DNA of 64,000 nucleotides from Amoebophrya sp. A120 (Eukaryota; Protista; Dinoflagellata), in NCBI GenBank assembly GCA_905178155.1, contig CAJINV010000003.1, positions 4,375,863-4,439,862 on the forward strand. The letters are read 5' to 3'. The notes under the pieces were generated by a model that worked only from the letters and a program-made list of their open reading frames with translations, made no database searches and was not told where the DNA came from. Shown in pieces: positions 25,801 to 36,355 of this stretch (positions are counted from its first letter, which is position 1; every line of letters begins with the position of its first letter). The position numbers were made by a program, and so were the translations under genes.

Positions 25801-26774
25801 AACCGCTCCGAGTATTCGTGCAGCGACTCTTCCATCGGTTTGTACGGCGCCGTCTTGGTTTCCATGCGCGAAGCCAAATTCGTCGACTTCTTCTTGCCCT
25901 TACCCTCCTCGTCGTCTATTTCCGCGTCCAGATCGAGGCCGATCGCCATGGCGGAGCCATCGCGGTTCCCGGTCCCACCGCCGACGTTCATGATCTGGTC
26001 CCGCCGCCGCTTCTCCGCCGCCAGCCGCTCCTCGAGCAGCTTGTCGGCCTTCAGCGTTTCCTTCCGGCGCTCGGTCTCGTCCGTGCCGCGCCCGAACTGC
26101 TCGGCGTCCGAATCCTCCTGGTCGCGCTCGTCGTAGGCGGTCAACACGGACCTTCTCTTCCGGACGCGCAACAGCTGCCACTCCTGCTCCGCCTCCAGCT
26201 TCTCCTTCACCGAGTACTTCTCGCGGCGCCGCTTCAGCCCAAGGATCTCAACGCGGAAATTTTCAAAAGCATCCAAGAGCCCGTCGCTCAACTTCTGGTT
26301 CCACGGCTTCGCCTTCCAGGCCTCCTGCCGTTTCAGCTCGAGAATTTCCTGCAGCTTCGAATCGTCCGCCATGTCCTGCTTCGCGGCGCGCACGAAATCC
26401 AGCTCCCCCTTCTTCCGGTCCACCTGGTCGACATGTCTTACCTTCTTGTCCACCCGCCGCGCGATTTCCTCCTCGTCGTCGGACTCGTGAAAGTCTTTCA
26501 CCCCCTCGACGATCCCCGTGACATGCCGCGTGAAGCCGGCGCGCTGCTGGTTCTTGCGCTTGCTGGCAGCGCGGTACATGTCGCGGTACTCGACGAAGTC
26601 CTTCACCACATAATTCGTCTTCACCGCCATCCGGCTCACCGTGGTGGAAGCCAACCGGAACCGTTCCAGCCCCTTCTTCCCCCCCTCCGTCATCTGGTCC
26701 CGGTTGAAGTCCGAGTACTTCGGCATGTTGAAGCTTTTGTTCTTGCGCTGGTGGCCGTCGGCGAACAGGAGCAA
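19851..26774 (-). CDS. Large coiled-coil protein with SPRY/B30.2 domain and Cys/His finger
   Basis: 2307-codon ORF; SPRY-like VQVGFA..LPGE...SLGY...DIVTCLIDRKVGMVNFYVN; CRVGKCGCEKF...CANCGHRERCH; true start uncertain. Confidence 0.75.
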   Translation of the reverse strand: MLLFADGHQRKNKSFNMPKYSDFNRDQMTEGGKKGLERFRLASTTVSRMAVKTNYVVKDFVEYRDMYRAASKRKNQQRAGFTRHVTGIVEGVKDFHESDDEEEIARRVDKKVRHVDQVDRKKGELDFVRAAKQDMADDSKLQEILELKRQEAWKAKPWNQKLSDGLLDAFENFRVEILGLKRRREKYSVKEKLEAEQEWQLLRVRKRRSVLTAYDERDQEDSDAEQFGRGTDETERRKETLKADKLLEERLAAEKRRRDQIMNVGGGTGNRDGSAMAIGLDLDAEIDDEEGKGKKKSTNLASRMETKTAPYKPMEESLHEYSERLNQATENFLRLEVKRFTGFVKTEGGDTNDLLRLVRELIEKPAVVEKLVGLKDRERTLDDIVGAVERGKFTGFGCGANKWILMTPKPRGSAVKIESLLGTSAAKKEATPGIEKKRSLLQKSASVSFANSQQADAAEGVQWGEELITGIISEIISIKDPLEIALLERRRNMFLLQLPYYRKYYSLDTLARTVTEIRVATLQQERLYTPEQTEILRAKELAKRFQTSGGKIPDVAYLYPAGLRSGLIFALYKDYVLQCLERLNLIRQRLDNELAEDAEDRLEEIEAVPGNTDEDANSEIVRQQLLLNPGMKFAGMEKYDTRKKKIEEEDEEDEEPTTLPGKAKAFVGKAGKMAVVGLVKLVKGGKERMKKALDVNDEDEDDGPMVLPDAVLQQEDLGGDEMQKAVDRMLAAARKERRERQQQTAAAKKEAQRGFPREERLAVANELVSWDAITVGIEFVISQIRLRISDGKLIDRELERELAIMEVWSNALSEHLAESRKNAMHLKREKEVQRKKRVLEEEKKKKQRKADLQAALASGKMDQMEKEYEESVDKMMETFRLEVKARGVTGRVGQELEVEAPSSPADAAAAENEKDATSLRERMTQEQQRQQALLDKKKKLESLAQMRLKVKQASRWGKVRAAMNLGSGNFKKQQAPGQPVELAPAQKSWAKLRGAVRLGAALRNPEKLGDDIDPSVFSSYASQASSAGNEKEDKDTDSSASSTSNRDENKGEQKRSLFAAPSRSWSVLRTAVKLGTATRNKEGSHTAETAPDSSQIAPEGAVEVNEVLREIVSEDEKREREDADQHSHQPEMNDAPRSVAEQEHSVDTAALVAATEAGSPEGQGEELQNGDAADGAAAALVEQKDPHPATDPDSVSQANLAADGGQDATAVENVGAPAAHHLGESDTVGGQEEMTNTPVAPGPAGDDAKLRLQVPVSPALDLDSSADELEALIAGTGPSPGPPAKKARRRPKKQAVAFDVEDGQQDQDVASEGSESEEDGAHPAGEEDASSSGSSTIADGTSSKEDLGTQSLVPAAGGPKPRGWVERHARKAQGTIAALSYCTGYRSGRLVRRAGVKAKRILTFRTVRKIRRSAPVVANKVGGHLRDFFLPESIRNDIKEQVLMGRRFQLLRDYAICPYNVAEYLDRAYVKFRVPGQKRNITSNFPLPDQRFICFEFQCFDMIPDFSLVQVGFALKPSYGSKLPGEFQTSLGYNNLGWVHKFDEDDYTGHPARAFTNKPFYEEDIVTCLIDRKVGMVNFYVNRDPVFAKFQFFKALHLASRDPCYVCIGVKEAATIRVDFGGYGYSPVTNAVIWREERMRNCGLHWSTCMFGEYSDDREPVDVVGLRLNYFLSQDFLQRQKQQKLEEEKMVTTEEFELVRSCAKTLSEEMVLQGRAGDEKQQEKMRAAKEEAHIYKRKVMRAQTPEEAQMRQAFLMRMSYMLPQRDVTNQVGTAMGIIAERGTSFRELVEQQMADTGELDRLYTPRNEDELEESEEEAPEPVSPTQSEQSPVNKSGSEGGREDGETDEELLSPEEVMGRSESKEAEALLEIEMAREAAEKAALPGGGKKPKKHLSPALDREETERRMEVAYGFKLVYASDYYRPKKTRCRVGKCGCEKFERDKDLEDQEICANCGHRERCHRSVRELSRPQTAENDQYAAKNVPLDIFDYLSGRSQRVYRWRSYSLGTEVDRMMTADMKRQGFHKQKEFMIGRKYEIDPMILAMKRNYYNVDNGMILANDSFTDATVMARPWTHGGFRGERAAQWFVEETERRKKRELERLRKEREKRMKRKQKRGKGARGGAGEKDDVKPPKAGGGKKLDPMGVTPPAGFGSLFASAIPEDSVMGGEDICPPATTKLEEGEYEGKTLADLEFARMPGDAAAGDEGASPQKAGNFKDDDDGANSSGKSGKSQTVKSRSATKDGEESSDDSGKDGDDTDEDKPVVPATPSTASTGAKRWAALRGAAKFGGALKKLSTGGAPASAGKQL

Positions 26775-27720
26775 TAAGTCGTTTTAGAAGCCTCGAGTCG
26801 CTTCTCCCGAAAATTTTCACAGCTCTGCTATGCACCAGGCACGCAGAACGGACCGCTCTTGGCCCGCCACAACAGAAAGTCGTTAGGTGGCATTTTCATG
26901 CGAAGATGCAATCAACAAAACGAAAACAACACTCCCTGCGGAGAACCATGATGTTGAATGGAGAATACCATTCACTTCTGATAAAGAACTATTGCTGTCG
27001 AGTTACTCATATGTCCAGACTCAGATCGATTCAAATCAAATTTCAGGTGTGGTCATCGGCGCAATCAACGAAGAGCAATGGGAATTTTTAATGAGGTCCT
27101 GCGAGAAATTCAGTTTGGTAGAAGACGATGAGTTTAGTTGGTAAAATTTTCTACAACGACACAGGTAATACGACCGACACATACTTGAGATAGAAGATAC
27201 GTGGCCGCGAAGTGGTGATGTAGTTACGACTTTGGTTCTTACTTTGATTGCAAGGTAAGCATTGCTTCACAACATGCAGATGCGCGTACGTATTCGCATT
27301 GTGTTTTTGGATAGCTTAGTATTGGACGAAGTTACTTTAGTTTCGGGTGTCCGTGCGATCAGATCTAGTCAGTTACGATTCGGAACGATGAAGGAGCAAG
27401 TCTGATGTTCCAGCACGAATAGAAAGAAGACGATGGAAAGACGGAAACGATGAAAGAGGGTAGAACGAGAACTATGGAACAACTTTAGAACCACGAACAT
27501 TCACTACAGCGAGAAGATGCACGTTCCGGCACGATAGCTACCTGCGTTTTCTTTTGGAAACGAAAAGCCGCAAGGCTTCTGCTTTTGCTTTTCACTTTTG
27601 TCGGTCTGGTTAATGCAAGAAGGGGCGCACTTCTGCATTTGTTGGTCTTTCTTACATCGAAATAATGCCCTTGTCTTTATTCATTGTCATTTAGCTGATT
27701 CTTTTTGTCGATCCATACGT

Positions 27721-30700
27721 CTATCTTCGCTGGCGTTTCGCACCGAACGAAGAGCTGGCGGACACGGTCTGCGCGTTTTGCACCCATGGCTGCACGCGCT
27801 TGTTTCCGAGACTCGATCCACGAAGCAGATCAAACATGAGTCCTTGTCGCTTTTCCTTCTGTTTGTCCATTTCCTCTTTGCTGATCTTCGTGTTCGCGCT
27901 CGCATTACCAATGTCGTTCTTCTGTTGCTGCATGTGCAGCATCCGCTCTTCGATGCTCAGTTCGGAGACTGCATGTGGCAGAGTCGCTGACTGCTGGATT
28001 CGGGAACTAATCTCCATCGTCCCCGAACGGCTCGAGGCAGACGAAGAGCTGGAGCTGCTGGTCGCTGATGCGCTACTGGCTTTCTCCTTCGGAAACGTTG
28101 TGATCAGTCGTATAACGTCGATGTCGTGGTCCAGGCCAAACCGGTGCGCGCGCGCGATGGCTTGCTCTTCCATTGGCAAATTCCAGTGCGGCTCGCACAA
28201 CACGACTTTTTTGGCTTTTGTCAGCGTAATTCCGACTCCCGCAGCCTTCAAGCTACAGAACATCACATCAATCTCGCCGTTTTGAAACGCTTGCACCAGC
28301 CCCGACCGCCTGTGTGGCGTCAGGCCCCCGCGAAGGATCCCCGTGGCACAGCGCCGCAACGGCACACCGTTCGGGGTCGCATCCAGCACGCACGCGTGTT
28401 GCAGCAGTTGCAAAAAGGTCGTGAAGGACGAAAAAATGAGAAGTGGTTCGCCGGGCCTGGCCTCGCGAACCAGTTTCAAAATGGCATTTACCTTGGGAGC
28501 ATTTGCAAACTGCTCGCGTTCCTCAGCGGTTCTTAAGGGACCACTGTCTATCACTGAAATTGCCTCGACCGCTGCGGAGGACGATGCGGAGTTGTTCCCA
28601 GGCGAAGCTTTACCCGCAGCGCGACCTTGCTGCGGCGACACGCCGTCCAGCAGCAGTCCCTTCGGTGGGTGGCACATGTACTGCGTGTCTGCCACCGGTG
28701 CGCGGCAGTAGGGACATTCGCGCCTGGTTTTCAAGGCTTCTTCCAGGCACGCAGTGTGGAAGCAGTGTAGGCAGGCGAGTAAACAGCACACCGAGCTATT
28801 CTGCTTGGGTTCCGTGGCGCTGATCTCCATGTCTTCCATGCAGATGGAGCACCCGTGCGGCTCGTCGAGCGCACCCTGGAAGATTTCCTCGACGGTCTTC
28901 GAAATGGACTTGTCATTTTCCCCGTGTTGCACAGTTGTTAGCACCTGCCCTCGCTTCACCGACACCACCGCGGTCGCTTTGTCGATAGTTGTACCCGGTT
29001 TAATCATATTGGGATCCAGAAGCCCCAGCTGTGCCTTGACCTCGCTCTTGGGCTGGGGTTTGAAGAGACCCATGATATTCCGGGCATTGTAGGGCTGCGC
29101 CAGCACCGCGCGCCATTCCTGCGGGATCATCAAGGGACTAAGGTGCAGCTGCCGCAGCTTCGAGATCGCGTGCAAGGCAATCGCGCCCTGGCCACAGCTG
29201 GATCCCGGCCCCGCGATCTCCTTCTCTGCGAATCGCAGCAAGTTTTGACACATCAGGAGGTGCTCAGGGTTGCGCGCTTTGTCTAGCGGCATGCTCCATG
29301 ACTTCTCGTGCTTCCGCGGAAGTTTGAGCAGGGGTCCAGCTACCAGCTCCCCCGGCTGACGCACCTGGTCGTTTTTTCGCCGGCGGAGCATGAAAAACCG
29401 CAACAGCATGTTTGCCCGCTCAAGACCGACCAGCGAGCTCTGTTTCCATGGAGCGACGATGTTCGCTCCGAAGGCCGTGTAGTTCTGCCGGAACGGTTCG
29501 ACCTGCAGAAGCGAAAACAGGGAATACAGGTCTTCGGCTTTGTTCACGAAGGGTGTTGCCGTCAACAGCCACGTGCAGCGCTTTTCTGTTTCCTTCAGAC
29601 CCTCAATTTGCTTGAATTTGTTCCCGGTGCGATTCCGTATCTCATGCGCCTCGTCCAGAATCACCCGGCCCCATTTGCGTGTTTGAAAGCTTTTCGCAGC
29701 GGAGACGAAGGTTTCGTACGACGTCAAGGTGATAGAATGCTGGTGCGGTTCCAAAGCACGCTCCTGAACAACGGTTTGCTTTGAAGCTGCACCGCCAGCC
29801 GTTTGCTTCTTACTCGACTTGCTACCTTTCAACTCTCCCGCTGATGTCCCACTCCTGCCATTCTTCGTTGGCTTTTTCGAAGAACCTGAGTTCATCTCAA
29901 CATCGTCGTCCTTCTCGGTGTCCACATTCACGATGCAGTTGTCCGCAGGCAGCTCCTTCCTGTTTTCATGGTACAGGAATAGAACGAATTGATCCTTGAA
30001 GAGCGGGTTCGAAACTAGTAAATTGTTGATCTCAGCCGCCCAAACATCGTACAAAACCGCTGGGGGTGCGACGATCAACGTGTGTCGGAGCGGATTTTTC
30101 GCGCAGACTGCCAGCATCTGCCGCGTTTTCCCCAAACCCATTTCGTCCGCAACAATCCCGCCGCGCGGCACACGCACTTCGTTTCTCCTCCTCCGCTTTT
30201 TCTCGTCGTCAAAAATGCAGTGCACAAGCGGGCTCGGAGTCGGACCACCAGTGTGTAGTCCCCTACTCTCGACGCCTCGCATGCGCTCCGCAACCGTCAA
30301 CTGGGCGCCTTCCCAGTGCGGACCGAGTTCTTGGCTGCTCTCCCGGTCCAGCATCCACTTCAAACCCTTCTGCTGGTGCGGTCGCAAAGCGAACCGAGGG
30401 CAGTTTCGTACGTTCTCCATGGGCATGGATTCATACTTGACGTTGTTCTCGTACAGCTTTGCTAGTTGCTCCTCCGGGGTCAGCCGCGCTTTTGCGGTCT
30501 TCATATCCTTTGCGGACGCGTGTCCCTTCTTTCCGTGAAAAACCCCCGTGGCAGCCTGGGCAAACATCTTTTTCCAGTCGCTCTTTGTCAACTGCAGCCC
30601 AGTATCCGAGCGCTCCAAAATGCCTTGCGGCTCGACCGCAATTGTGTGCTTCTTATTCCGGTAACACTGAATATGCCGCAGGTCCGCCGCACGTTGCCGC

Positions 30701-31431
30701 AAGCGAATCTGCGCCTGCTCTTTCAAGGTTTCGTCGGGCGTGGCAAAGTCGATGTAGACCTGGACGGCGGCTCTCACCTTTTTAAACGGGTTCCCCTCGT
30801 ACGTCCCTTCAAAGCAGCTCGTCAGGGAGGATTCCGTGTAGAATCGCGTTGCGGAGGGAGACTCCACGTGCGTCAACAAGCTCTTAAAATCCCGGGCCAA
30901 GCTCACGTCCATCCAACCGCAAGCCTTCCAGTGTTTGTTGTAGAAAAAACCCGTCAGCGGCCAGAAGTGAGCAATGTCTTCCTTCGAATAAAAATCCGAA
31001 CAGTTGGTGTCCGGCCATCCCGGGGGAACCCAGCTGCCTGGCACGTACTGCCTGTACACATTGCACTCCACCTGCATGAACCACCGCCGGGACGTCACGT
31101 TGTCCGGTACCTCGACGGCCGCCGGAACTTCTCGGGCAACCGCGGCAGACGCCGAAGCCGCAGCAGAACTGTTGTTTCTACCATTCGTGAAGGGTAGTTG
31201 CCGCCCTCCTCCAGAGGGCGCCGGGGGTGCCTTAGGCTGTGCTACTGGTACACGGGTCTTGCTAGTGTCCACGACCGGCGAAGGCGAGTCACTGTCGGAC
31301 GAGTCAGAGTCGCTGCCGCTACTCGGACTGACATTCCGAAGGGGTACCTCGGAATCGCTAGTTTCGCTGCCGCTACTGCCAAAGTTGGCATACCACGGGT
31401 CGTCACTCCGATCTGGACGCTTTTTACTCAT
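27721..31431 (-). CDS. RAD5/RAD16-like SNF2 ATPase with RING finger
   Basis: LRPHQ, GGIVADEMGLGKT, ILDEAH, TATPFVN, RING CSIC..CLHCFH..C..CPYCR, SLKAAGVGITL, QAIARAHRFG. Confidence 0.92.
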   Translation of the reverse strand: MSKKRPDRSDDPWYANFGSSGSETSDSEVPLRNVSPSSGSDSDSSDSDSPSPVVDTSKTRVPVAQPKAPPAPSGGGRQLPFTNGRNNSSAAASASAAVAREVPAAVEVPDNVTSRRWFMQVECNVYRQYVPGSWVPPGWPDTNCSDFYSKEDIAHFWPLTGFFYNKHWKACGWMDVSLARDFKSLLTHVESPSATRFYTESSLTSCFEGTYEGNPFKKVRAAVQVYIDFATPDETLKEQAQIRLRQRAADLRHIQCYRNKKHTIAVEPQGILERSDTGLQLTKSDWKKMFAQAATGVFHGKKGHASAKDMKTAKARLTPEEQLAKLYENNVKYESMPMENVRNCPRFALRPHQQKGLKWMLDRESSQELGPHWEGAQLTVAERMRGVESRGLHTGGPTPSPLVHCIFDDEKKRRRRNEVRVPRGGIVADEMGLGKTRQMLAVCAKNPLRHTLIVAPPAVLYDVWAAEINNLLVSNPLFKDQFVLFLYHENRKELPADNCIVNVDTEKDDDVEMNSGSSKKPTKNGRSGTSAGELKGSKSSKKQTAGGAASKQTVVQERALEPHQHSITLTSYETFVSAAKSFQTRKWGRVILDEAHEIRNRTGNKFKQIEGLKETEKRCTWLLTATPFVNKAEDLYSLFSLLQVEPFRQNYTAFGANIVAPWKQSSLVGLERANMLLRFFMLRRRKNDQVRQPGELVAGPLLKLPRKHEKSWSMPLDKARNPEHLLMCQNLLRFAEKEIAGPGSSCGQGAIALHAISKLRQLHLSPLMIPQEWRAVLAQPYNARNIMGLFKPQPKSEVKAQLGLLDPNMIKPGTTIDKATAVVSVKRGQVLTTVQHGENDKSISKTVEEIFQGALDEPHGCSICMEDMEISATEPKQNSSVCCLLACLHCFHTACLEEALKTRRECPYCRAPVADTQYMCHPPKGLLLDGVSPQQGRAAGKASPGNNSASSSAAVEAISVIDSGPLRTAEEREQFANAPKVNAILKLVREARPGEPLLIFSSFTTFLQLLQHACVLDATPNGVPLRRCATGILRGGLTPHRRSGLVQAFQNGEIDVMFCSLKAAGVGITLTKAKKVVLCEPHWNLPMEEQAIARAHRFGLDHDIDVIRLITTFPKEKASSASATSSSSSSSASSRSGTMEISSRIQQSATLPHAVSELSIEERMLHMQQQKNDIGNASANTKISKEEMDKQKEKRQGLMFDLLRGSSLGNKRVQPWVQNAQTVSASSSFGAKRQRR

Positions 31432-31995
31432 TCTGATTCACAAGTGCAGAAAGAGAATAAACACTGCAGGAATATAATTTACTCTACTGGTTGTACAACT
31501 TATACTGGTTCGCTCGCACTCGAGCACATGTTATTTGTTCATATTCCGATTTGGATTTATTTCTATCTGAACTCTATTTGTTCTACAACAACTTCCTTAC
31601 AAATAAACGACCGTAACCACGCTCTTCGGGTGAGAAAAGAAGTACGTATCCACGACACAGAAACAGGATGTCTATGTGAAAAATCCTGAGTCAATGCTTG
31701 TCTAACGCTAACTAACTCCCCTGTTGTAGGAACCATGCTAATGCAGTTTGATGTGCATGTACCTAGTTGTCTTGTCTCCATTTATCAACCTTGCATGGGT
31801 TGCGATCAAAATGATTCAAAATTTGCCGCAGTTTCGGGTGATCGCCTTCTGAGTTCAATCTTAATGAAGCACCTTGATCCTTACTGCAGCCCTCCCAAGT
31901 GATCGATACTGCTCATCGATGCGAAATTTCGCAGGTTGTTGTAGGTCATCACGCACGATCTTGCATGCTCATACTCCTTTTTCTTTCAAACAAAG

Positions 31996-32077
31996 TCAGG
32001 GCGATGAAGGATGAATTGGTAAAAGGTTCTTCACTGCTTCGATCAGAAGCAGAACTGAACTTTTGAAGTGTCATCAT
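31996..32077 (-). ncRNA. Box C/D snoRNA, U38/snR61-like, double guide (copy 2)
   Basis: AUGAUGA...CAGUUCUGCUU-CUGA...GUGAAGA...UUCAUCCUUCAUCGCC-CUGA; guides identical to copy 1, spacers diverged. Confidence 0.85.
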
Positions 32078-32181
32078 TCTCGAGGAGTTGAACTTGCAGA
32101 TTTTTGGTGATCATCGGGTTTTTGTTTTGTATTCTCGACAAGAAATTGGAGATCTGCAATTTATTTTTGTATGGGCTACAC

Positions 32182-34960
32182 CTACAAGAGTCCCAAAAAC
32201 GGAGCAATGGTTGAAATTGGTTCCGCGATTTGCGGATAGATTAACGAAACCGCTCGCGTGATAAAATCGAGGGAATGCCCGTTGTGCATGTACTGGAAAA
32301 CCGCATTGTTCATTGTGGCCCAACTTCCCGCTGCGATGTAGTACAACACTGAGACCGAGCAGAGCGCCGCGGCCACGACCTGCGGTCCCTGCTTGTCGAT
32401 CAGTTCCCGGGCCTCCGCTGACACCTCCCGACTCTCGAGCGCGGCCTCTTGATACTCGGCTTGCTTGGCACTCGCACTTTCCGCCGGTGCATCTGCCGGG
32501 GTGGCAGCCGCAACAGCAGGCGAAGTAGATGTGGGTACATCATTTTCCGCAGCAGGAACGGCCTCACCAGGTTGTTGTGTCTGCTGGACAAACGAAGCGG
32601 CAGCGGGCGCTTTCGGGAGGGGGCCCACGTTGGTCAGTTCGAACCTGAACTTCTTGATTTCGGCGTAGAACTCAACAGCAGCGTGTATTTTTCTTGTTCC
32701 CACAGTCTCTTTTGCCCCTTCGCGCTTTATCAGGTGGTAGTAGTCCTTTTGTAAGTAATGTTTGTGAAATTGAAGCGAATTTTGAAGGGAGGACAACACA
32801 GTTTTTATTTGTTCGCGAGAGCTCAGCGTGTAACCCAAAAAAACTAAGTAAAAACGTTTGTGTTTGCTTCATCAACACGTAGAAAAACATCACCCATACC
32901 TCGTCCGGGTGTTCGGTGTCACGAATTCGCTGCAAGGAAAGACTGACCTCTTCGTGCGTGTCGGTGGCCAGTGGGCGGAAAAAGAAATTGAGCAATCCTC
33001 CCTGGTCCGCGACGTGTAGGAGAACGACGCCGCCGAGTTCCTTCCGGGCCTCCTGCTTCACATAAAAGCCGTCTACGCCGGCGTTGCGGGAAAGGTGCGT
33101 GTGCAACTGCACTACCGGTTTCAGAGGTGCGAAGAGGTTGTGAACGAAGTGGTTCCCGGTGTGGGTCGCGACAATCGCGAGGTCTCGCCAGGCTTCCTGC
33201 ATTTCCTCGTAGTCTCCGAAGGCCCAGTTCATGTTCTCTGCCAGCAGCGTTTCCTGCAAAAGACCGCTATGCTCACCCTCCAGTCCGCCCATCGCTCCGA
33301 TAAAGACGGACTTCCGGTCGACGTCTTCGAACAGCTCCACATGTGCGTCGTTTGCCTCACGAACATGAACACCCACGACCCGGTCCGCCAGGCCAAACTC
33401 CTCCGGCAAGCTGTCCGTCGCCAGCGGTAATGTAGTTTTCTTTGCCGGCGGGGCAGCGGGCGCAGCGGCTGTGACCTCTTGTTCCAGAAAAGAATTTGTT
33501 GTTCCCACGTCCGTTTCCGATTGTTCTGGCGTTTTTGCGTTGCCCGTAACTGCGGGTGCCGAGGCGCCTTGTGGAGTGGCGTCCTTTCCAGACGCTTGGC
33601 CTGCTTGTTTTGCTGCAGGTTCAACAGAGTCTTTGCCTCTTTCTTCAGACGGATTTTGATTCTCCCCCCGCGGTGCTGCCGGAGGAGGCTTTGCTCCGGG
33701 AGTTGGGGTGGCATGCCCTATTACGCGCACCTGGAGGTTTTTCATGAGCTCAGAGGGGTCCGCCCTGTCCCAGCCCTGTTTCTCGAAGAGCGTCTGCGTG
33801 CTCCGTGGCAGTAGCGAAAGAAAGCGCGTTGTTTCCGTTCCCGGAACGGGTTGCGGAGAAAGTATCCAGCGTTCGCCGTTCTCACCCCGCACAAATTCCA
33901 GCTGCTGGGCTCCTTTCGAAGATTCCGCGGACGACAAAGCCTTCACATACAGGTAGACGAGCGACCGCGGCTCACTCTCCGCCGTAGTAGAAACGCTCGC
34001 GTCCGTCGAAGTAGGTTCGTCCCCCTCCTGCTTGGATCGTTTGACGAGCAGAGGCAGCTTGTAGTTTGCCAGGTCCAGTTGCTCGACGTCACTACCGCTA
34101 CCGCCACTGCCCTTGCCTTTTCCCTTATGCTGCACGGGACTTGCACTTTCCACGATCAGTTTCCCCGGTACCGCGGCGTCTGCGACCACCCACTCACTCT
34201 CGCAGGTTTTTGGCTTCTTCAGCACGTAAATGTGCTCGTATTTCGTGCGATCCCGCCATTTCGTGTACTTCTCCAGCAGCGGAGCCTGGACGGGGTCGTC
34301 CCTCCATTTTAACAGTTGGTAATCGCCAATCATCCAGGCCAGAGCCCCGCCCGGCCGGAACTCGCCGCGGTCGTAGTTGGCGCTACAGCCCACCGTGAAA
34401 AGGCCGACGTCCAAGCCCTGCTTCATGGAGTCCACTTCTTCCTCGAAAAGCCTCCTATCGAGCGTGTTTGTCGATTGCGAGCTCTCATCCGGTAGAAAGA
34501 GTTCCGAATCGGAATCGACTTGGGCAGCAGTTGGCTTTTCCGAGGGACCAGTCTGGACTGCGGCATTCGCATGCAGGTCCAGCTCAACAAAGGCAGTCTC
34601 GAGAAAAGACGAGCCTGCATCTACGTTCGCGGCCGATTGACTTTCTTCAGCTCCGGCCGATTTTAATGATGCGATGGAAGTTGTACTCCCGCGTAAGGAG
34701 CCGCGCTTCACAATAGGCTGGTTGCTTGACTCGTTGTCGCTTCCCAAGGTCTGTGGCTGCGAGGAGAAACGTCTACCAGGAAAAACTTGAAACCCGAAGA
34801 CAAGCGCAATCGACAAAACTAGCCCAACAAGCTTACATGAGGATCGCCACGACCACGACCGAAAAAGCTTCGGGTCATTCGGGTCTTCTTCCGTACGACT
34901 GCGTTCCTGCGGTGAACCTTCCATCTTCCTTGTAGTAGTTGATTTTCGTTTAATGGACAC
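32182..34960 (-). CDS. Uncharacterised membrane-anchored protein (N-terminal and C-terminal hydrophobic segments), at least 2 exons
   Basis: ORFs 32672-34960 and 32182-32838 with an AT-rich intron-like gap near 32844-32899; junction not resolved. Confidence 0.55.
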
Positions 34961-35455
34961 GTCTTTTGAAGACTCGGATTCTTAGCTTTGTTTCGCACTA
35001 AGCACTACCCAACACGTTAATGATGATTCGGCAAGACGATAAACCAAGTTCCTGCATGGTGCGACATGTCTTGTCAAGGATCCCCCGAAAGTAAATGTTC
35101 TTCACAATGGAAAGACAAGACGAAAACGACAACGACCGTGTGAGCGACTTTTTTAGATGATATCGGCCCGACTCACGTTTGCACCAACTTGAAATCTCTG
35201 ATTTGCGAAATACGGCGAAAACGACCAGTCTCTCGACCACGAACTCGGAAAAATGCGACCACAATTGAAAAAGAACAATGCCCAAGGCCAAGTTCCTTCA
35301 GCTTTTACCTGCATGAGCTGACAACTGCAGCTCCTTTCGTTCAGCGCTATAAGCTTTACGATTCTCGCAAGCCATTTCAACTAATACAATCTGTCGCCAC
35401 TGGTGACACCAACCTAAACACGTCGTAGATTTTCTATTTTCCAAAAAACTATCTT

Positions 35456-36355
35456 TTAGTTGAATCCGTAGCGCAGTTCCACGAGCGCGTCTTGGATATC
35501 TTCTTCGACCGCTTGGATCCCTCGCTTCAGATCCGCGACCTCCTGGTAGTGCATTCGGCGCGCGTGCTCTGATGTGTCGCTCTGTTGAAGATTCCCGCTT
35601 CCTGTTTGCAGACTGCTGGTGTACAACCGAATCTGCGCCACGTGGAACGCGGCGACCTTTTCAAACTTGCTCTTCTCGAGGTCAAGCAACCCCAAAATGG
35701 CCTTTCGCAGTTCCGTCGCCTCCTCGTACTGCGGCGTGCCCATGACAAACCGCGTGTTGTCGCTCTGGTCGCTGCACCGTCGTAGGTGCGCATTGACGTC
35801 TTGAAACGCTGACGTGACGTCCAGCGTCAGCTTCTTGTAGCCAGCGTGTACCTCGCGTTTCGCAATCAACTTTCGCAGAACCAGGTCAAACGCCTTCTGG
35901 ATCTGCACGCGCCGGTCTTGCACGCGCAGCACTTGCCTCACAAGGGACAAATCGTGAATCCCGCTTTCCCAAGTCTCGTCGAAAATGCAGTCCATAGCAT
36001 CCCGTACATCCTGCTGGTTACTCAACAACTGGTCACTTGTCATTTCGACATCGCCTCGCTGCTGCGGGTCATTTGCACTTATTGAATCGTTGTGTGGGAC
36101 AACCTCTCCGTACGTCGACGAAGCCTTTGCCGTTGCCGTCGCGGAAGTGGAAAACAAACCACCGTCGTCGACTAGGTCCAGGTTGGCAGTTTGTCGGTTA
36201 ATGTGCTCAATGGCGGCGGCGACGCCGGCGTCTTCTGGCTCGTTGTCGACATTTATTGCAGGACAGTCGTCAGCCGCTTTGTCGCCGTGGTCGTGATCGC
36301 ACGACTGTTCCGTCTGCCGCGCCTGCAGAATCGCCACGCACTTGTCGAAATCCAT
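35456..36355 (-). CDS. REX1-B (required for excision 1-B) domain protein
   Basis: Helical pattern VQDRRVQ...YKKLTLDVTSAFQDVN...LEKSKFE...IQDALVELRY resembles the REX1-B family. Confidence 0.7.
   Translation of the reverse strand: MDFDKCVAILQARQTEQSCDHDHGDKAADDCPAINVDNEPEDAGVAAAIEHINRQTANLDLVDDGGLFSTSATATAKASSTYGEVVPHNDSISANDPQQRGDVEMTSDQLLSNQQDVRDAMDCIFDETWESGIHDLSLVRQVLRVQDRRVQIQKAFDLVLRKLIAKREVHAGYKKLTLDVTSAFQDVNAHLRRCSDQSDNTRFVMGTPQYEEATELRKAILGLLDLEKSKFEKVAAFHVAQIRLYTSSLQTGSGNLQQSDTSEHARRMHYQEVADLKRGIQAVEEDIQDALVELRYGFN

Noticed and set aside
20553-26777. Long plus-strand ORFs (795, 453, 437 aa; also 1191-2762)
   Set aside because: Antisense shadows of GC3-rich minus-strand genes, with no motifs
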